A stretch of 56,459 bases of DNA from the NCBI RefSeq assembly GCF_004010195.1, contig NC_057720.1, positions 29,913,631 through 29,970,089 on the forward strand, written 5' to 3'. The notes under the pieces are model-generated. The model was not told the DNA's origin, searched no databases, and worked only from the letters and a program-made list of their open reading frames with translations. Source of the DNA: Chiloscyllium plagiosum. Lineage: Eukaryota. The translations under genes and the position numbers were made by a program. The first letter of the stretch is position 1. The number at the start of each line of letters is the position of its first letter. Shown piece by piece: positions 12,152 through 22,891 of the stretch.

Positions 12152-13169
12152 TGTTGAGTCGGTTGTCCGAGATAGAAATGGAGAGGTCTAGGAAGGGGAG
12201 GGAGGAGTCTGAGACAGTCCAGGTAAAGTTGAGGTTGGGGTGGAAGGTGTTAGTAAAGTGGATGAACTGTTCAACCTCCTCGTGGGAGCAGGTCTGCAGT
12301 CCTCACTTTCTCCTCATCCATGAGAGGGGAAAGATATAAAAGGGACCTAAAGGACAACCTTTTCACACAGAGGGTGGTGCGTGTATGGAATGAGCTGCCA
12401 GAGGAAGTGGTGGAGGGTGATAGAATTACAACATTTATAAAGCACCTGGATGGGTTCTTGCAAATGTGTTTGCCTGGGAAACACGGTGTATCCATAATTT
12501 CACAAATTCAGTAAAGTATGCACTATATCATGGCTGAGCTGACCTGCCAGCCTGGAATTTTAAAAATGATTTGTTTCAATTTGAATTGCAGAATAACTTA
12601 CCAATACTTACTCTCTTCATCTGTAACAAGGCGAGAGTAAACTGTAACAGACTGAAAATGAAAGAAGAACCCAGAAAGAAAAAAAGTAAAACTAATGAAT
12701 GAGAAATAGGAGTCCAGCTCATCTTGTTTACTTCAAAGTCCAGTATGACTAATAATAAGGTACATTTTTAAGTATTAGTGGTCCTTCCATGATCACCTTC
12801 CTCCTGCGCACTGAATTCTGTCTAACTCAGCAAATTGTTGCCTTTCAATCTGTGCAACAAAAGAAGCAATCAGTGTGGACAAGGCAACCTGAGGGAGGCC
12901 TTTATTTATCCTTTCTGTAAACAACCAACTCAATCTTCTAAAAGCTGAGAACCAGGCACTATGCGACTTGCTAAAACCTTTCTCAGGGCTTGTATTCTCT
13001 TTACTTAAGGGTGCAATAAAACTTAGTATTTCTTAGCTTAAAGAACAGTACCAAACTAGAGAAAAAATAAAGGACCTTAGACAAAAAAAATTAAATAAAA
13101 GATTCTGAATCACTAACTCACATTTCAGACCAGGTGAGCTAAGACAGATTGTCCTTGATTCATTTAAGT

Positions 13170-15370
13170 GAGTGTGACATCAGGAGTCAATGCAAATCAG
13201 CAGGAAAGCTTGCCATTGGTTGGAATTATACCGAGTAGAAAGGGAGATGTCGGTTGTTGTTAGTGATCAATAGTGCCAGTCCTGGCAGGAGTTTCTCAGC
13301 GTAGCGCCCTCAGCCCAGCCACCATGAAGTCAAAAGTGAGAATACTTGCTGATGATTGCACGATGTTTAGCATCACTCAGCACACTTCAACTACTGAAGC
13401 TTCCCATGCCAGTATGCAGCAAGACATGGGATTGGGCTGATAAATGGCAAATAATAATCACACGACACAAGTGTTACAATGATAGGTCAGACATTGAAAT
13501 ATTCTGGAGTTTTTAGTTGTTATTTCCGAATTGTAATTTTAAGAGGATGGCGAGGGACAAAATAATTGCAGATGTGAATTAAATGGCTGGTTAGCACAAA
13601 TTCAGCATGGGACTAATGGTGTATAACACCTAAAGGTGTTAAAAGAAGCAGTGTTTGTTAACAGTGGAACTGCAGGGCAACTGTGTATATGTGTTCACTC
13701 AGAAACACACATGAGCATGGTTTCAGACCCTGTACATCATTGTGTCATATGCACAGTCCCTATTGCATAGGTGCACAGAACAGGCATGACATTGAAACTG
13801 GAATCATATGGAGTGGGGTGGGGAGGAGGGATTGGTTTCGGTGGAGGGAAAATGGATGGAGAGAAAACAACAGTGCTATGGGAGGGAATGAGAAATTGAG
13901 CCTGGAACAGGAGGATGAGGAGATGGGGCAGATTGTGGATTGGGGGTTTGAGCAGTCTGTTCTCTCGCTCCAACCATTCTCTCCTCAGTGTACACCGTAT
14001 ATTCTTTCCCAACCGCTGCTTTCTTTTCTCTTCCCTCACCCTGTCTATTCTCTCCCTCCCATTCCCTGTTTGTTCTCTCCCATCTAGGGTCCAGTCCAAT
14101 CTCTCCCATCTCACCACTCCCTGCCTGATATTTTCCCCCCTGCCCCGACCTTCCTCTCTGGCCCAATCTCACCATCCTCCCCAGACTGTCCCTAACTCCT
14201 TCCCCATTCATGGCCACATCAATTGAAGTGCATATGCAGATTCATGGAGAGTATAGTGCTTGGTCCATGGTATCAGCAAATGCAGCCATGAAAGAAACGT
14301 CAAAATAGACTGGACTGTGATCTCCTGTGATTACAAAAATAATGAGTAGGTGACCACGTCTGTTCAACAGCAAGGCATCTGCTTCGCAACACAGGCTGCA
14401 GACACATTTTGTAATTATCTTTGTAGTATACATAATGGCAGGAGTTAAAAATCCACTTTCAACTCTACTGGAGTGCTCTGGGAGACCGAACATTCTCAGA
14501 CAGGGTTTTTGTGATAACATGCTCGGAACATTACAGTTGAAGAATGATTTCCTAATTATCCCTATGGTTACAAGTAAAGATTTTCTCTCATCGAGTGCTA
14601 GAAATCAGCTAGCCAACAACCAGGCAAAAGGGAAACAGGAAAATAAAGGGACTGTCTCTCACCCTGAATTCTGGAATTCAATCAGGACTAAAAGGAATCA
14701 GAACAACAGACTCTCAACCAACTGCAAAATGAAGGATCATGAAACTGACTGTTGAACTATCAACATCAACTCTACTTACAACATTCATTGCATCAGACAC
14801 AAGGTTCAACAGTCCGCTCTTCACAAACACTTTTATATTTTATCTTTTTGGACTCACATTTTATTCCTAATCTCTGGTTGTTGTGTCAATATTTCTTCTT
14901 ATGTGTAGTAATTAATAAACTCACTCTGTTTGTTAATTCAAGAAAGCCAGACTAAGTTGTCTCCTTTTATAACATAAGTTTGTTGAGGTCTGGGAGGAAG
15001 GTATCCACAAGGGAAGGAAACCAATTTAAAGTTACCTTGTTCCAACCAGCTGATGAGGTGGCTGAATAAAAATGTGGAGCCAGTTCAACCCTGCTTACCT
15101 GGGAGCTTAACAATTTGGAGTATCCTTTGTCGAAACATAGAAAGTTGGAGAACCTCGTCTGAGTCTTGGTGTAATACAATTGTCAGGCAATGACCGTCTC
15201 CAACAAGAGAGAATCTAACCACCTCCCCTTGATGTTAAATAGCATTATCAACACTGAATTCCCCACTACCAACATACTGTGGGTCATCATTGACCAGAAA
15301 CTGAACTGGAACCAGCCTCTGAATACTGTAACTACGAAAGAAGGTTAGAGATGAGGGATTCTGCCTCATC
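13170..15370 (+). mobile_element. Degenerate CR1/L2-group LINE RT fragment (13170-13474 and 15176-15370) split by a 1.7-kb insertion
   Basis: Similar to about 20150-20670 of the LINE at 18410-21190 (cttgctgatgattgc = LADDC); cacaagtg resumes as tcaggcaatgaccgtctccaacaagag. Confidence 0.65.
13475..15175. mobile_element. Unclassified 1.7-kb insertion, probably LTR-derived
   Basis: Interrupts a LINE; flanked by acaagtgt (13467-13474) / acaattgt (15176-15183); AATAAA near 14914 and an LTR-like end ...cttaaca at 15112 followed by atttgg (possible decayed PBS). Confidence 0.4.
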
Positions 15371-15389
15371 TGTATCCCTAAAGACCAAT

Positions 15390-16330
15390 TACATACAGAT
15401 CTTAGTTCTGTCTTCACAAAGAAAGACACAATTACATCCCAGAAGTATGGGGAGAAACAGGGCCTAATGTGAAGGAAATGGAAATGAATTAATATTAGTG
15501 GGGAAATGGTATTGTGATTAAAGGTAGTCAAATCCCAGTGCCTGTTAGGCTTCATTCCAGAGTACTTAAAAAATAAGGGAGATGGCATTTAGGACCAAGA
15601 TGAGGAAAAATGTTTTTACAAAGCGTTGTGAGCCTTTAGAATGTGTTATTCCACATGGCTATATATTCTCAGTCTTTGAGTATGTTTAAGTTAGAGATTG
15701 ACAGATTTCTGATTAGCAATGTTGCAAAGGCTAATGGGATAGTGTGGGTAAATGATACTGAAGTGTTTGATCAGCCATGATTGCATTAAATTGCGGAGCA
15801 GGCTCAATGGGCTTAATATCCTACCCCTGGTCCTATGTTTCTAAATGCTGACCTCACCAGTCATGAAAATATTCCATATCCACTTCTTTGCCCTTTCTTG
15901 TAAGCGGCAGATCTTTTTTTCCCCTTTGGATAGTTAAGCAATTTCCTTTTGAAAGCCTTGATTAAATCCCCCCTCCACCACCATTCTCAGGCGCTGCATT
16001 CCAGGCCCACTTACTGTGCAAAATGTTTTTCCCTCAGCTACTTCCAGTTTTTTGTCAGTCACTTCATGCCTCTGGTTGTTGGCTTTTCCATTAATGGAAA
16101 TAGTTTCTACCTACCTACCCTGTCATGAGTTTGAACATATTTATTACATCTCCTGTCTATGGTGATATAGTCCTAGATTTGTTAATCTATCCACAGAACT
16201 CAAATCTCTCATCCTCAGATTTGTGCTGGTAAATCTTTTCTATAACATCCCTTGCATTGACATCCTTCCTAAAGTATGATACACAGCATTTGAAACAATA
16301 CTCCAGATGAGGCTAAAGCATTGTTCTATT
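15390..16330. mobile_element. Degenerate CR1 fragments (plus 15390-15845, minus ~15880-16330)
   Basis: CR1-like segments tctgtcttcacaaa, atgaggaaaaatgtttttac, a cctatgtttcta tail; minus-strand acaatactccagatgaggct. Confidence 0.55.
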
Positions 16331-17309
16331 TCAGGAATGAGATTTTGTAGCTACTATTTGGAATGATGTTTCACCCATGCTGGGCTGCAGTGCAGTTAAG
16401 AATTGATCCAGTACATTATGACAAGAAGGCATCTGCAATATTGAAATATTCTCTGCAAAATTGATATGTTTGTCTCTGAAGTATCTTAACATTGTGGGAA
16501 CCCCTTCCATCACAGTCTACAAGGTGACCATATTACATTGCAAATAGCATTTCAAGGTAGGGCCATCAATGAACCATGTCTACCACATCGCAGATATAGA
16601 TTGCCTACTACCTTCCCACCTGAACTTTCAGAATGACTTAGAAAAGCTATTAGATGGGTGTTCCTATATTAAACTGTAGTGTATAAGTATTTGTTCCTGT
16701 CTCCATGCTCAGCTGAATGTTGGAATAACAATAGTTCTAATGCAAAGTATATTAGTGCTACAGAATCCTGAAGATTGGTTTTGTTCTATAAAGTAGAGCC
16801 GAAGATTATGTATGTTCATGTTATTAGAAGTAGCTTTTAAGCATTGTTCCTATACAAGTACTGCGAGATAATCCAATTAGTTTAATAATCTGTGATGGGT
16901 AGCAAGATGATGTATAATTCCTATTAAAACATTTTTTGTCTAAATTGCGAAAGAAATGATAACACAGGTGAAAGACACTTACTAGAACCTTAATTTGCTA
17001 ATTCCATTCCAATGGAACCTTTCCAGAACCAAGAAAAATTTGGACAATTAACACCAATGCAACTATGACTTAATTAGCAACCTCTTTTCAGACCCTAGGA
17101 CAAAGTCTATCTGGACCTGGAGATTTGTCAGCTCACAGCTCCAGCAGTTTGTTTTGTACCACTTTCTCGTGATAATAACTTCACTACATTCCATTCCCTC
17201 TTCCACCTTCCAGCTAGTACTGGAACTTTTTCTTTTAATCCTCCACAGAGAAAACAAAAGTGACATGCTTAATCATATCACCCCCCCCCATTTCCATGCT
17301 GTTTACTAA

Positions 17310-17514
17310 GGGGGTGGTTTAGTCAGTTGGCTGCGACTTGCTGCCTTGCCATGCTGAATACTGCCAATGGCGTGGGTTCAATTCATGCACTAGCTGAGGT
17401 TACCAAGAAGGACTCTCCTTCTCAATCCTGCCTGAGATATGGGACCCGTAAGCTGACGCACCACGAGTTGTGCCTCTCTGCAATAAGGAAACAGGACTAT
17501 GGTGATTTTACTAT
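17310..17514 (+). mobile_element. tRNA-derived SINE (not HE1)
   Basis: A-box-like tagtcagttgg, B-box ggttcaattc, body ending gactatggtgattttact. Confidence 0.6.
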
Positions 17515-17740
17515 TGTTCGAATTACCTATTATTAACAGCCCTTCCCTGCTCTCCTTAAGTTTGAAATTTTCTTGAACTCTTTAGCTAACTATGGATTGT
17601 CAGCCTTTAGAATTTTTCTTTAGTGTAGGTATTTACTTATCCTGAGTGTTCTGAAATATCACCTTAATTGTCTGCCACTGTGTCGCTATTGGTCCATCCC
17701 TAATCAGTTCACTTCAGCTAGCTTAGCTTTCATGCCCACC

Positions 17741-17950
17741 AAGATTAGAGTGGTGCTAGAAAAGCACAGCAGGTCAGGCAGCATCCAAGGACCAGGAAAA
17801 ACAACGTTTTGGGCAAAAGCACTTCATCAGAATCAGGCAATTCCTGATGAAGAGCTTTTTCCCGAAATGTCGTTCTTTTCTAGCTGTGCTTTTCTAGCAC
17901 CACTCTAATCTAGACTCTGATTTTCAGCATCTGCAGTCCTCACTTTTGCC
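17741..17950. mobile_element. Fold-back Penelope-like mini-element with decayed hammerheads
   Basis: Inverted arms agattagagtggtgctagaaaagcacagc...gctgtgcttttctagcaccactctaatct; CTGATGA at 17844; duplication tttcatgcccacc (17728-17740) / tttcatgtccatc (17951-17963). Confidence 0.85.
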
Positions 17951-18409
17951 TTTCATGTCCATCTAGTTGCACTTATGTAAGTTTAAAAGACTATATTTCA
18001 ACCTGGAAGTGAAATTTAATCCTGTTAACAGAAAGTAAGGTGAGTAGACCATGTCTGCCAATAACTTCTTTCCCCTATTACACTTCATGTTGGCCCAAAC
18101 TGATTTCACATCCTGAACTCCTGAACCAAGGTCATCTTTAACAATTTTTTCACAAATACCATCCTGGATTAACAATGTCAACCTTCCACCTTTACTTAGC
18201 TTTCCATTTTTCTTATACATCATATTTCTCTCAATATTCAGGGCATATTCCTTGTCATTTAGAAGCCATGTATTTCTGAGTCTATCATCTTGTATTTATT
18301 GACACAAATAGGAACTGTCCATTTATTTAATTAGTAATGAATGCTGCACACATTCAGATACAAAACTTCATCTGTTTTTTTTCATTATTTTGGTAGCATC
18401 ATAACATGT

Positions 18410-21190
18410 ACCATGGACAGTCCTATCTCAGCTGATGAATCGGTACTCCTCCATGTTAAATGACACTTAGGGGAAACTCTGAGGATGGTAAGGGCACAAA
18501 ATCTATTCTGAGTGGGAGATTTCAATGTCCACCACCAAGAGTGGCTCTGCATCAGTACCACAGATCAAGCTGGTCAGGTCCAAAAGGGCATAGCTGCTAG
18601 ACTGGGTCTGTGGCAGGTGGCGAGGGAACTAACAAGAGGAAAAAACATACTTGACCTCATCCTTACCAATCTGCCACTGCAGATGCATCTGTCCATGACA
18701 GTATCAGTAAGAGTGACCACTGCACAATCCATTTGGAGATGAAGTCCTGCCTTCAAATTTAGAATAACCTCCATCGTGTTGTGTGGCACTATCATTGTGC
18801 GAAAGGGGACAGACTTCGGACAGATTAGATTACTTACAGTGTGGAAACAGGCCCTTCGGCCCAACAAGTCCACACCGATCCGCCGAAGCATAACCCACCC
18901 ATTCCCGTACATTTACCCCTTTACCTAACACTATGGGCAATTTAGCATGGCGAATTCACCTAACGTGCACATCTTTGTGACTGTAGGAGGAAACCGGAGC
19001 ACCTGGAGGAAACCCACGCAGACACGGGGAGAATGTGCAAACTCCACACAGTCAGTCGCCTGAGTCGGGAATTGAACCCGGGTCTCTGGCGCTGTGAGGC
19101 AGCAGTGCTAACCACTGTGCCACCGTGCCGCCCACAATCTAGCAACAGATCTAGCAACAGATCTAGCAACTCAAGACTGAGGCGTAGTGGGCCATCAGCA
19201 ATGGCAGAACCATACTCCAGCACCTCATATAACCTCATGGCCCAGCATATGCCCCACTCACCCATTCCCTTCATGCCAGGGAATCAACAATGGTTCACTG
19301 GAGAGTGCAGGAGGGCATGCCAGAAGCAATACCAGGCATACCTAAAGATGAGGAGTCAGTCTGGTGAAGCCACCAAACAGGACTACTTGCATGCCAAACA
19401 GCATTAGCAGCAAGTGATAGACAGAACTAAGCAATCACACAACCAATGGATCAGATCTAAGCTCTGCAGTCCTGTCAAATCCAGTCATGAATGGCAGTGG
19501 ATGATTAAACAACTCATTGGAGGGGAAGGCTCCACAAATATCCCCATCCTCAATGATGGAAGAGTCCAGCCCATCAGTGCAAAAGATAAGGCTGAAGGTT
19601 TCGCAGCAATCTTCAGCCAGAAGTGCCGAGTGGATGATCCACCTTGCCCTCCTCCAGTGGTCCCCAGCATCACAGATGCCAGTCTTCAGCCAATTTGATT
19701 CACTCCACTTGATATCAAGAAACAGTTAGAGACACTAAATACTGCAAATGCTACTGGCCTTGACAACATTCCAGTAATAGTATCAAAGACTTGTGCTCCA
19801 AAATTTGCTGCTCCCCTAGGCAAGCTGCTCCAGTACAGTTACAACACTGGCATCTACCGGATAATGTGGAAAATTGCCCAGGCATGTTCGGTATATAAAA
19901 AAAACATAACAAATCCAACCCAGCCAATTACCGCCCCATCAGTCTACTCTTAATCTTCAGTAAAGTGATAGAAGGTGCCATCAAGTAGTACCTGCTCAGC
20001 AATAACCTGCTCTGTAATGCTAAGTTTGCATTCTGCCAGGGCCACTCAGCTCCTGACCTCGTTACAGCCTTGGTTCAAACATGGACAAAAAAGCTGAATT
20101 CCAGAGTGAGGTGACAGTGACAACCCTTGATATCAAGGCTGCATTCGACCAAGTGTGGCATTAAGGAGCCCTAGCAAAACTGGAATCAGTGGGTACCAGG
20201 GGACAACTCTCTACCCGTTGGAGTCATATCTGACACATAGGAAGATAGGCATGGTTGTTGGAGGTCCATCATCTCAGCTCCAGGACATCTTTGCAGAGTA
20301 CCTCAGGGTGATGTCCTAGGCCCAACCATCTTCACCTTCAACGTAAGGTCAGAACTGGAAATGTTCGCCAATTATTTCACAATATTCAGCAACATTCACA
20401 ATTTCTCAGATACTGAAGCAGTCCTTGTTCAAATGCAACAAGCTCTGGACAATATCCAGGCTTGGGCTGACAAATGGCAAGTAACATTTGCGCCACACAA
20501 ATACCAGGATCTAACCACCATCCGTTGACATTCAATGGTGTTACCATCACTGAATTCCCCACTATCAGCATTCTGGGGGCTTATCATTTACCAGAAACTC
20601 ACTGGGCTCACCACATAAACACAGCGACAGTAAGAGCAGGTCAGTGGTTAGGAATACTGAGGCAAGTAAGTCACCTCCTGATTCCTCAAAGCCTATCCAC
20701 CATCTGCAAGGCACAAGTCAGGAGTGTGATGGTACACTCCTCACTTGTCTGGATAAATGCACCACCAACACTCAAGAAGCTTGACACCATTTAAGACAAA
20801 CAGCCTACTAGATTGGCACTACATCCACCTTCACTACCGATGCTCAGTAGCAGCAGTATGTATTATCTACAAGGCGCACTGCAGAAATTCACCTCAGACA
20901 ACAACTTCCAATACCATGACAAGGACAACAGATATATGGGAACACCGCCACCTTGAGAGATCCCCTCCAAGCCACTCACCATCCTGACCTGGAAATATAC
21001 CACAGTTCCTTCACTGTCACTGGGTCAAAATCCTAGAATTCCCTAAGGCCATTGTGGGTCAACCCGCAGCAGGTGGACTGCAATGGTTCAAAGAGACACC
21101 TTGCCGCCACCTTCTCAAGGGCAACTAGGGATGGACAATAAATGCTGCCCAGCCAGCGATGCCCACATCCACAAAATGAAAAAATAAAAA
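18410..21190 (+). mobile_element. CR1/L2-group LINE, 5'-truncated degenerate endonuclease-RT ORF with intact 3' end
   Basis: GDFNVHHQEW...ILDLILTN (APE endonuclease); LDIKAAFDQVWH and PQGDVLGP (RT); 3' end caataaatgct...gcccacatcc plus an A-rich tail. Confidence 0.9.
18822..19133 (-). mobile_element. HE1 SINE, full length and young
   Basis: Minus strand gggcggcacggtggcacagtggttagc (A box)...ggttcaattcc (B box); V-SINE core; CR1-like 3' tail gggccgaagggcctgtttccacactgta; many CpGs retained. Confidence 0.95.
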
Positions 21191-21344
21191 AAACTAGCTT
21201 TGATTCTTGGTGTGCTCTTAGTTTTTTTTTCTTTCTGCCCCTTCCTATCAGTCTTGTATCCTCATTCCCCCATTAGTATTTTCCTCTCTTACCTTATCTC
21301 TATTCATTGGTATAATCACATTTTTCCACATTTGACCTTTGACC

Positions 21345-22389
21345 TTCACAATGAAAGACCTTCACTAGTGCAGCCTATCAGATCTGCACTAACCCTCCGA
21401 AGAGCATCCCATCCCACCCCCTCCCTATTCCTGTAACCCTGCATTTACCATGGTCAATCCACCTAGTCTACACATTGCCGGACATTACGGGACAATTGAG
21501 ATTGGTCAATCCACCAAACCTGCATGTCTTTGGAATGTGGAAGGAAACCAGAGCACCCGGGGAAACATGCAAACTCCACAAAGTCAGTTGCCCAGGGCTG
21601 GAACCAAGGCAGGTTCCGAGGAGCAGGAAAATTGACATTTCGGGTGAAAGCCCTTCATCAGGAATAGAGGCAGGAAGCCTCCAAGGTGGAGAGGTAAACG
21701 AGGGGGTGGGGGGGGGGAAGCTGGGGAGAAGGTAGCAAAGAGTACAATAGGTGAATGGGGGTGGGGATGGAGGTGATAGGTCAGAGGGGAGGGTGGAGCG
21801 GATAGGTGGGGAGGGAGATTGCCAGGTAGGACAGGTCATGAGGACAGTACTGAGCTGGAAGGTTGGAACTGGGGTAAGGTGGGGGGAGGGGAAATGAGGA
21901 AACATTGAAGTCCACATTGATGCCCTGGGATTGAAGTGTTCTGAGGTGAAAGATGAGGCGTTCTTCCTCCAGGCATTGGGTGGTGAGGGAGCAGCAGTGG
22001 AGTTGGCCCAGGACATGCATGTCCTCAGCAGAGTGGGAGAGGGAGTTGAAATGTTGGGCCACGGGTGGTGGGGTTGATTGGTGCGGGTCTCCTGGAGATG
22101 TTCCCTGAAGCGCTTTGCGAGGAGGTGTCCAGTCTCCCCAATGTACAGGAGACCGCATCGGGAGCAACGGATACAATAAATCACATTGGTGCTTTCTTCC
22201 TCTATTCCAAAACGTCGATTTTCCTGCTCCTCGGATGCTGCCTGATCTGCTGTGCTTTTCCAGCACCACTCTGATCTAAACTCTGGTTTCCAGCATCTGC
22301 AGTCCTCACTTTTGCCCAGGGCTGGAATCAAACCCAGGTCTCTGGCATTGTGAGGCAGCAGTGTTAATCACTGTGCCAGCATACCACCC
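21345..22389 (-). mobile_element. HE1 SINE split by a PLE insertion
   Basis: Head at 22317-22389, body and tail at 21345-21607, colinear with 18822-19133. Confidence 0.85.
21608..22316 (-). mobile_element. Penelope-like element 3' fragment encoding a GIY-YIG endonuclease, with an inverted pseudo-LTR
   Basis: STNVIYCIRCSRCGLLYIGETGHLLAKRFREHL in ORF 21468..22331; hammerhead motif on minus 21630-21665 (GAAAT variant); plus-oriented arm 22190-22316; duplication ttgcccagggctggaa(c/t)caa at 21588-21607 and 22312-22331. Confidence 0.9.
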
Positions 22390-22729
22390 ATAATGACTCC
22401 TGTATGGTTCAGGTATTGACGTACCAATGGTATACTCCCAACTTCCCCAGTATTCATGCAAGTGGTGCATGAATGGATCAAAACTTCTCTCTTTGTGCCA
22501 AGTATTCATCTATCTAAAGTCATGTATCCTCGCTAATTTGCATACAGCTCAGGTAATAATCTACAGATTATAATCTTTGAGGGTCTGCTTTTCAGTTTAC
22601 TCAATACTCCTCACTTTTCTCAGTTTCTGACTATACCATTGATACCTACATGGAACATGGCTGCTGGATCCTCCCCTCCCACTGAAAGTTTCTTTGTAGC
22701 CCTGAGCAAATTTCCCAAACCATGGCATC

Positions 22730-22855
22730 TTTCACAATTTCAATACTTTCCAAAGCACCCTACAGGCAATTCAATAAGTTTTGGAGTATAGTCACTGTTG
22801 TTCAGCTAAAAACGCACCAGCCAAACTATGCACAGCAAGATCCCATAAACACACA
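22730..22855 (-). mobile_element. DeuSINE-type (SacSINE1/AmnSINE1-like) 3' fragment
   Basis: Minus strand gggatcttgctgtgcatagtttggctgg...aacagtgactatactccaaaac...gctttggaaag resembles the DeuSINE 3' region as recalled. Confidence 0.6.
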
Positions 22856-22891
22856 GACTCTGTTTCTCTACTTCAGATAAGATTCTTTATA

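Larger units (their letters stand above)
11191..12315 (-). mobile_element. Penelope-like element (Neptune-like) with internal inversions, spanning a gap
   Basis: GIY-YIG C-terminal region in ORF 11436..11705 (PVTEHFNSPSHS...LEEELLIFHLGTLQPQGMN); minus-strand 12152-12290 reads QFIHFTNTFHPNLNFTWTVSDSSLPFLDL (PLE RT); duplication ctcatccatgagagg at 11176-11190 and 12313-12327. Confidence 0.85.
11122..12455 (-). mobile_element. Short CR1 copy with a 5' inversion, split at the inversion junction by a PLE
   Basis: 11122-11185 is the CR1 3' terminus on minus; 12321-12455 is upstream CR1 sequence on plus (ORF 12320..12514 RGERYKRDLKDNLFTQRVVRVWNELP); tctt flanks both sides. Confidence 0.75.
6462..12555 (-). 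mobile_element. Old near-full-length CR1 LINE, degenerate and interrupted by nested insertions
   Basis: 3' tail at 6462; RT remnants (8074..8301 AFNKALHGRL...QRV); ORF2 middle (9057..9395 KIKENSKTFYQYV); ORF1 esterase remnant (10705..10905 VIRNSIVRGSGRHLCG...CLFGTKV); ORF1 N-terminal remnant resumes after 12455 (PGKHICK). Confidence 0.75.
16990..22730 (-). mobile_element. Old fragmented CR1 LINE hosting several nested insertions
   Basis: Endonuclease remnant in ORF 17963..18223 (KGGRLTLLIQDGI...VKSVWANM); ORF1 esterase-like remnant at 22520-22720; ORF2 remnants at 17000-17700. Confidence 0.6.

Noticed and set aside
11479..12339. Long ORFs crossing N runs (also 40487..41017, 40501..40965, 49571..50159)
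   Set aside because: Their length comes from undetermined bases; only the flanking TE-derived peptides are informative
13683..14226. Four overlapping 100-134 aa ORFs
   Set aside because: Low-complexity purine/pyrimidine bias with few stops and no recognisable domain
19060..19133. tRNA genes at SINE heads
   Set aside because: A and B boxes are present but continue into the SINE body and tail; not stand-alone tRNAs
21468..22331. 287-aa ORF as a functional GIY-YIG gene
   Set aside because: Chimera of SINE, inverted pseudo-LTR and a PLE fragment; the endonuclease shifts frame into ORF 21781..22269
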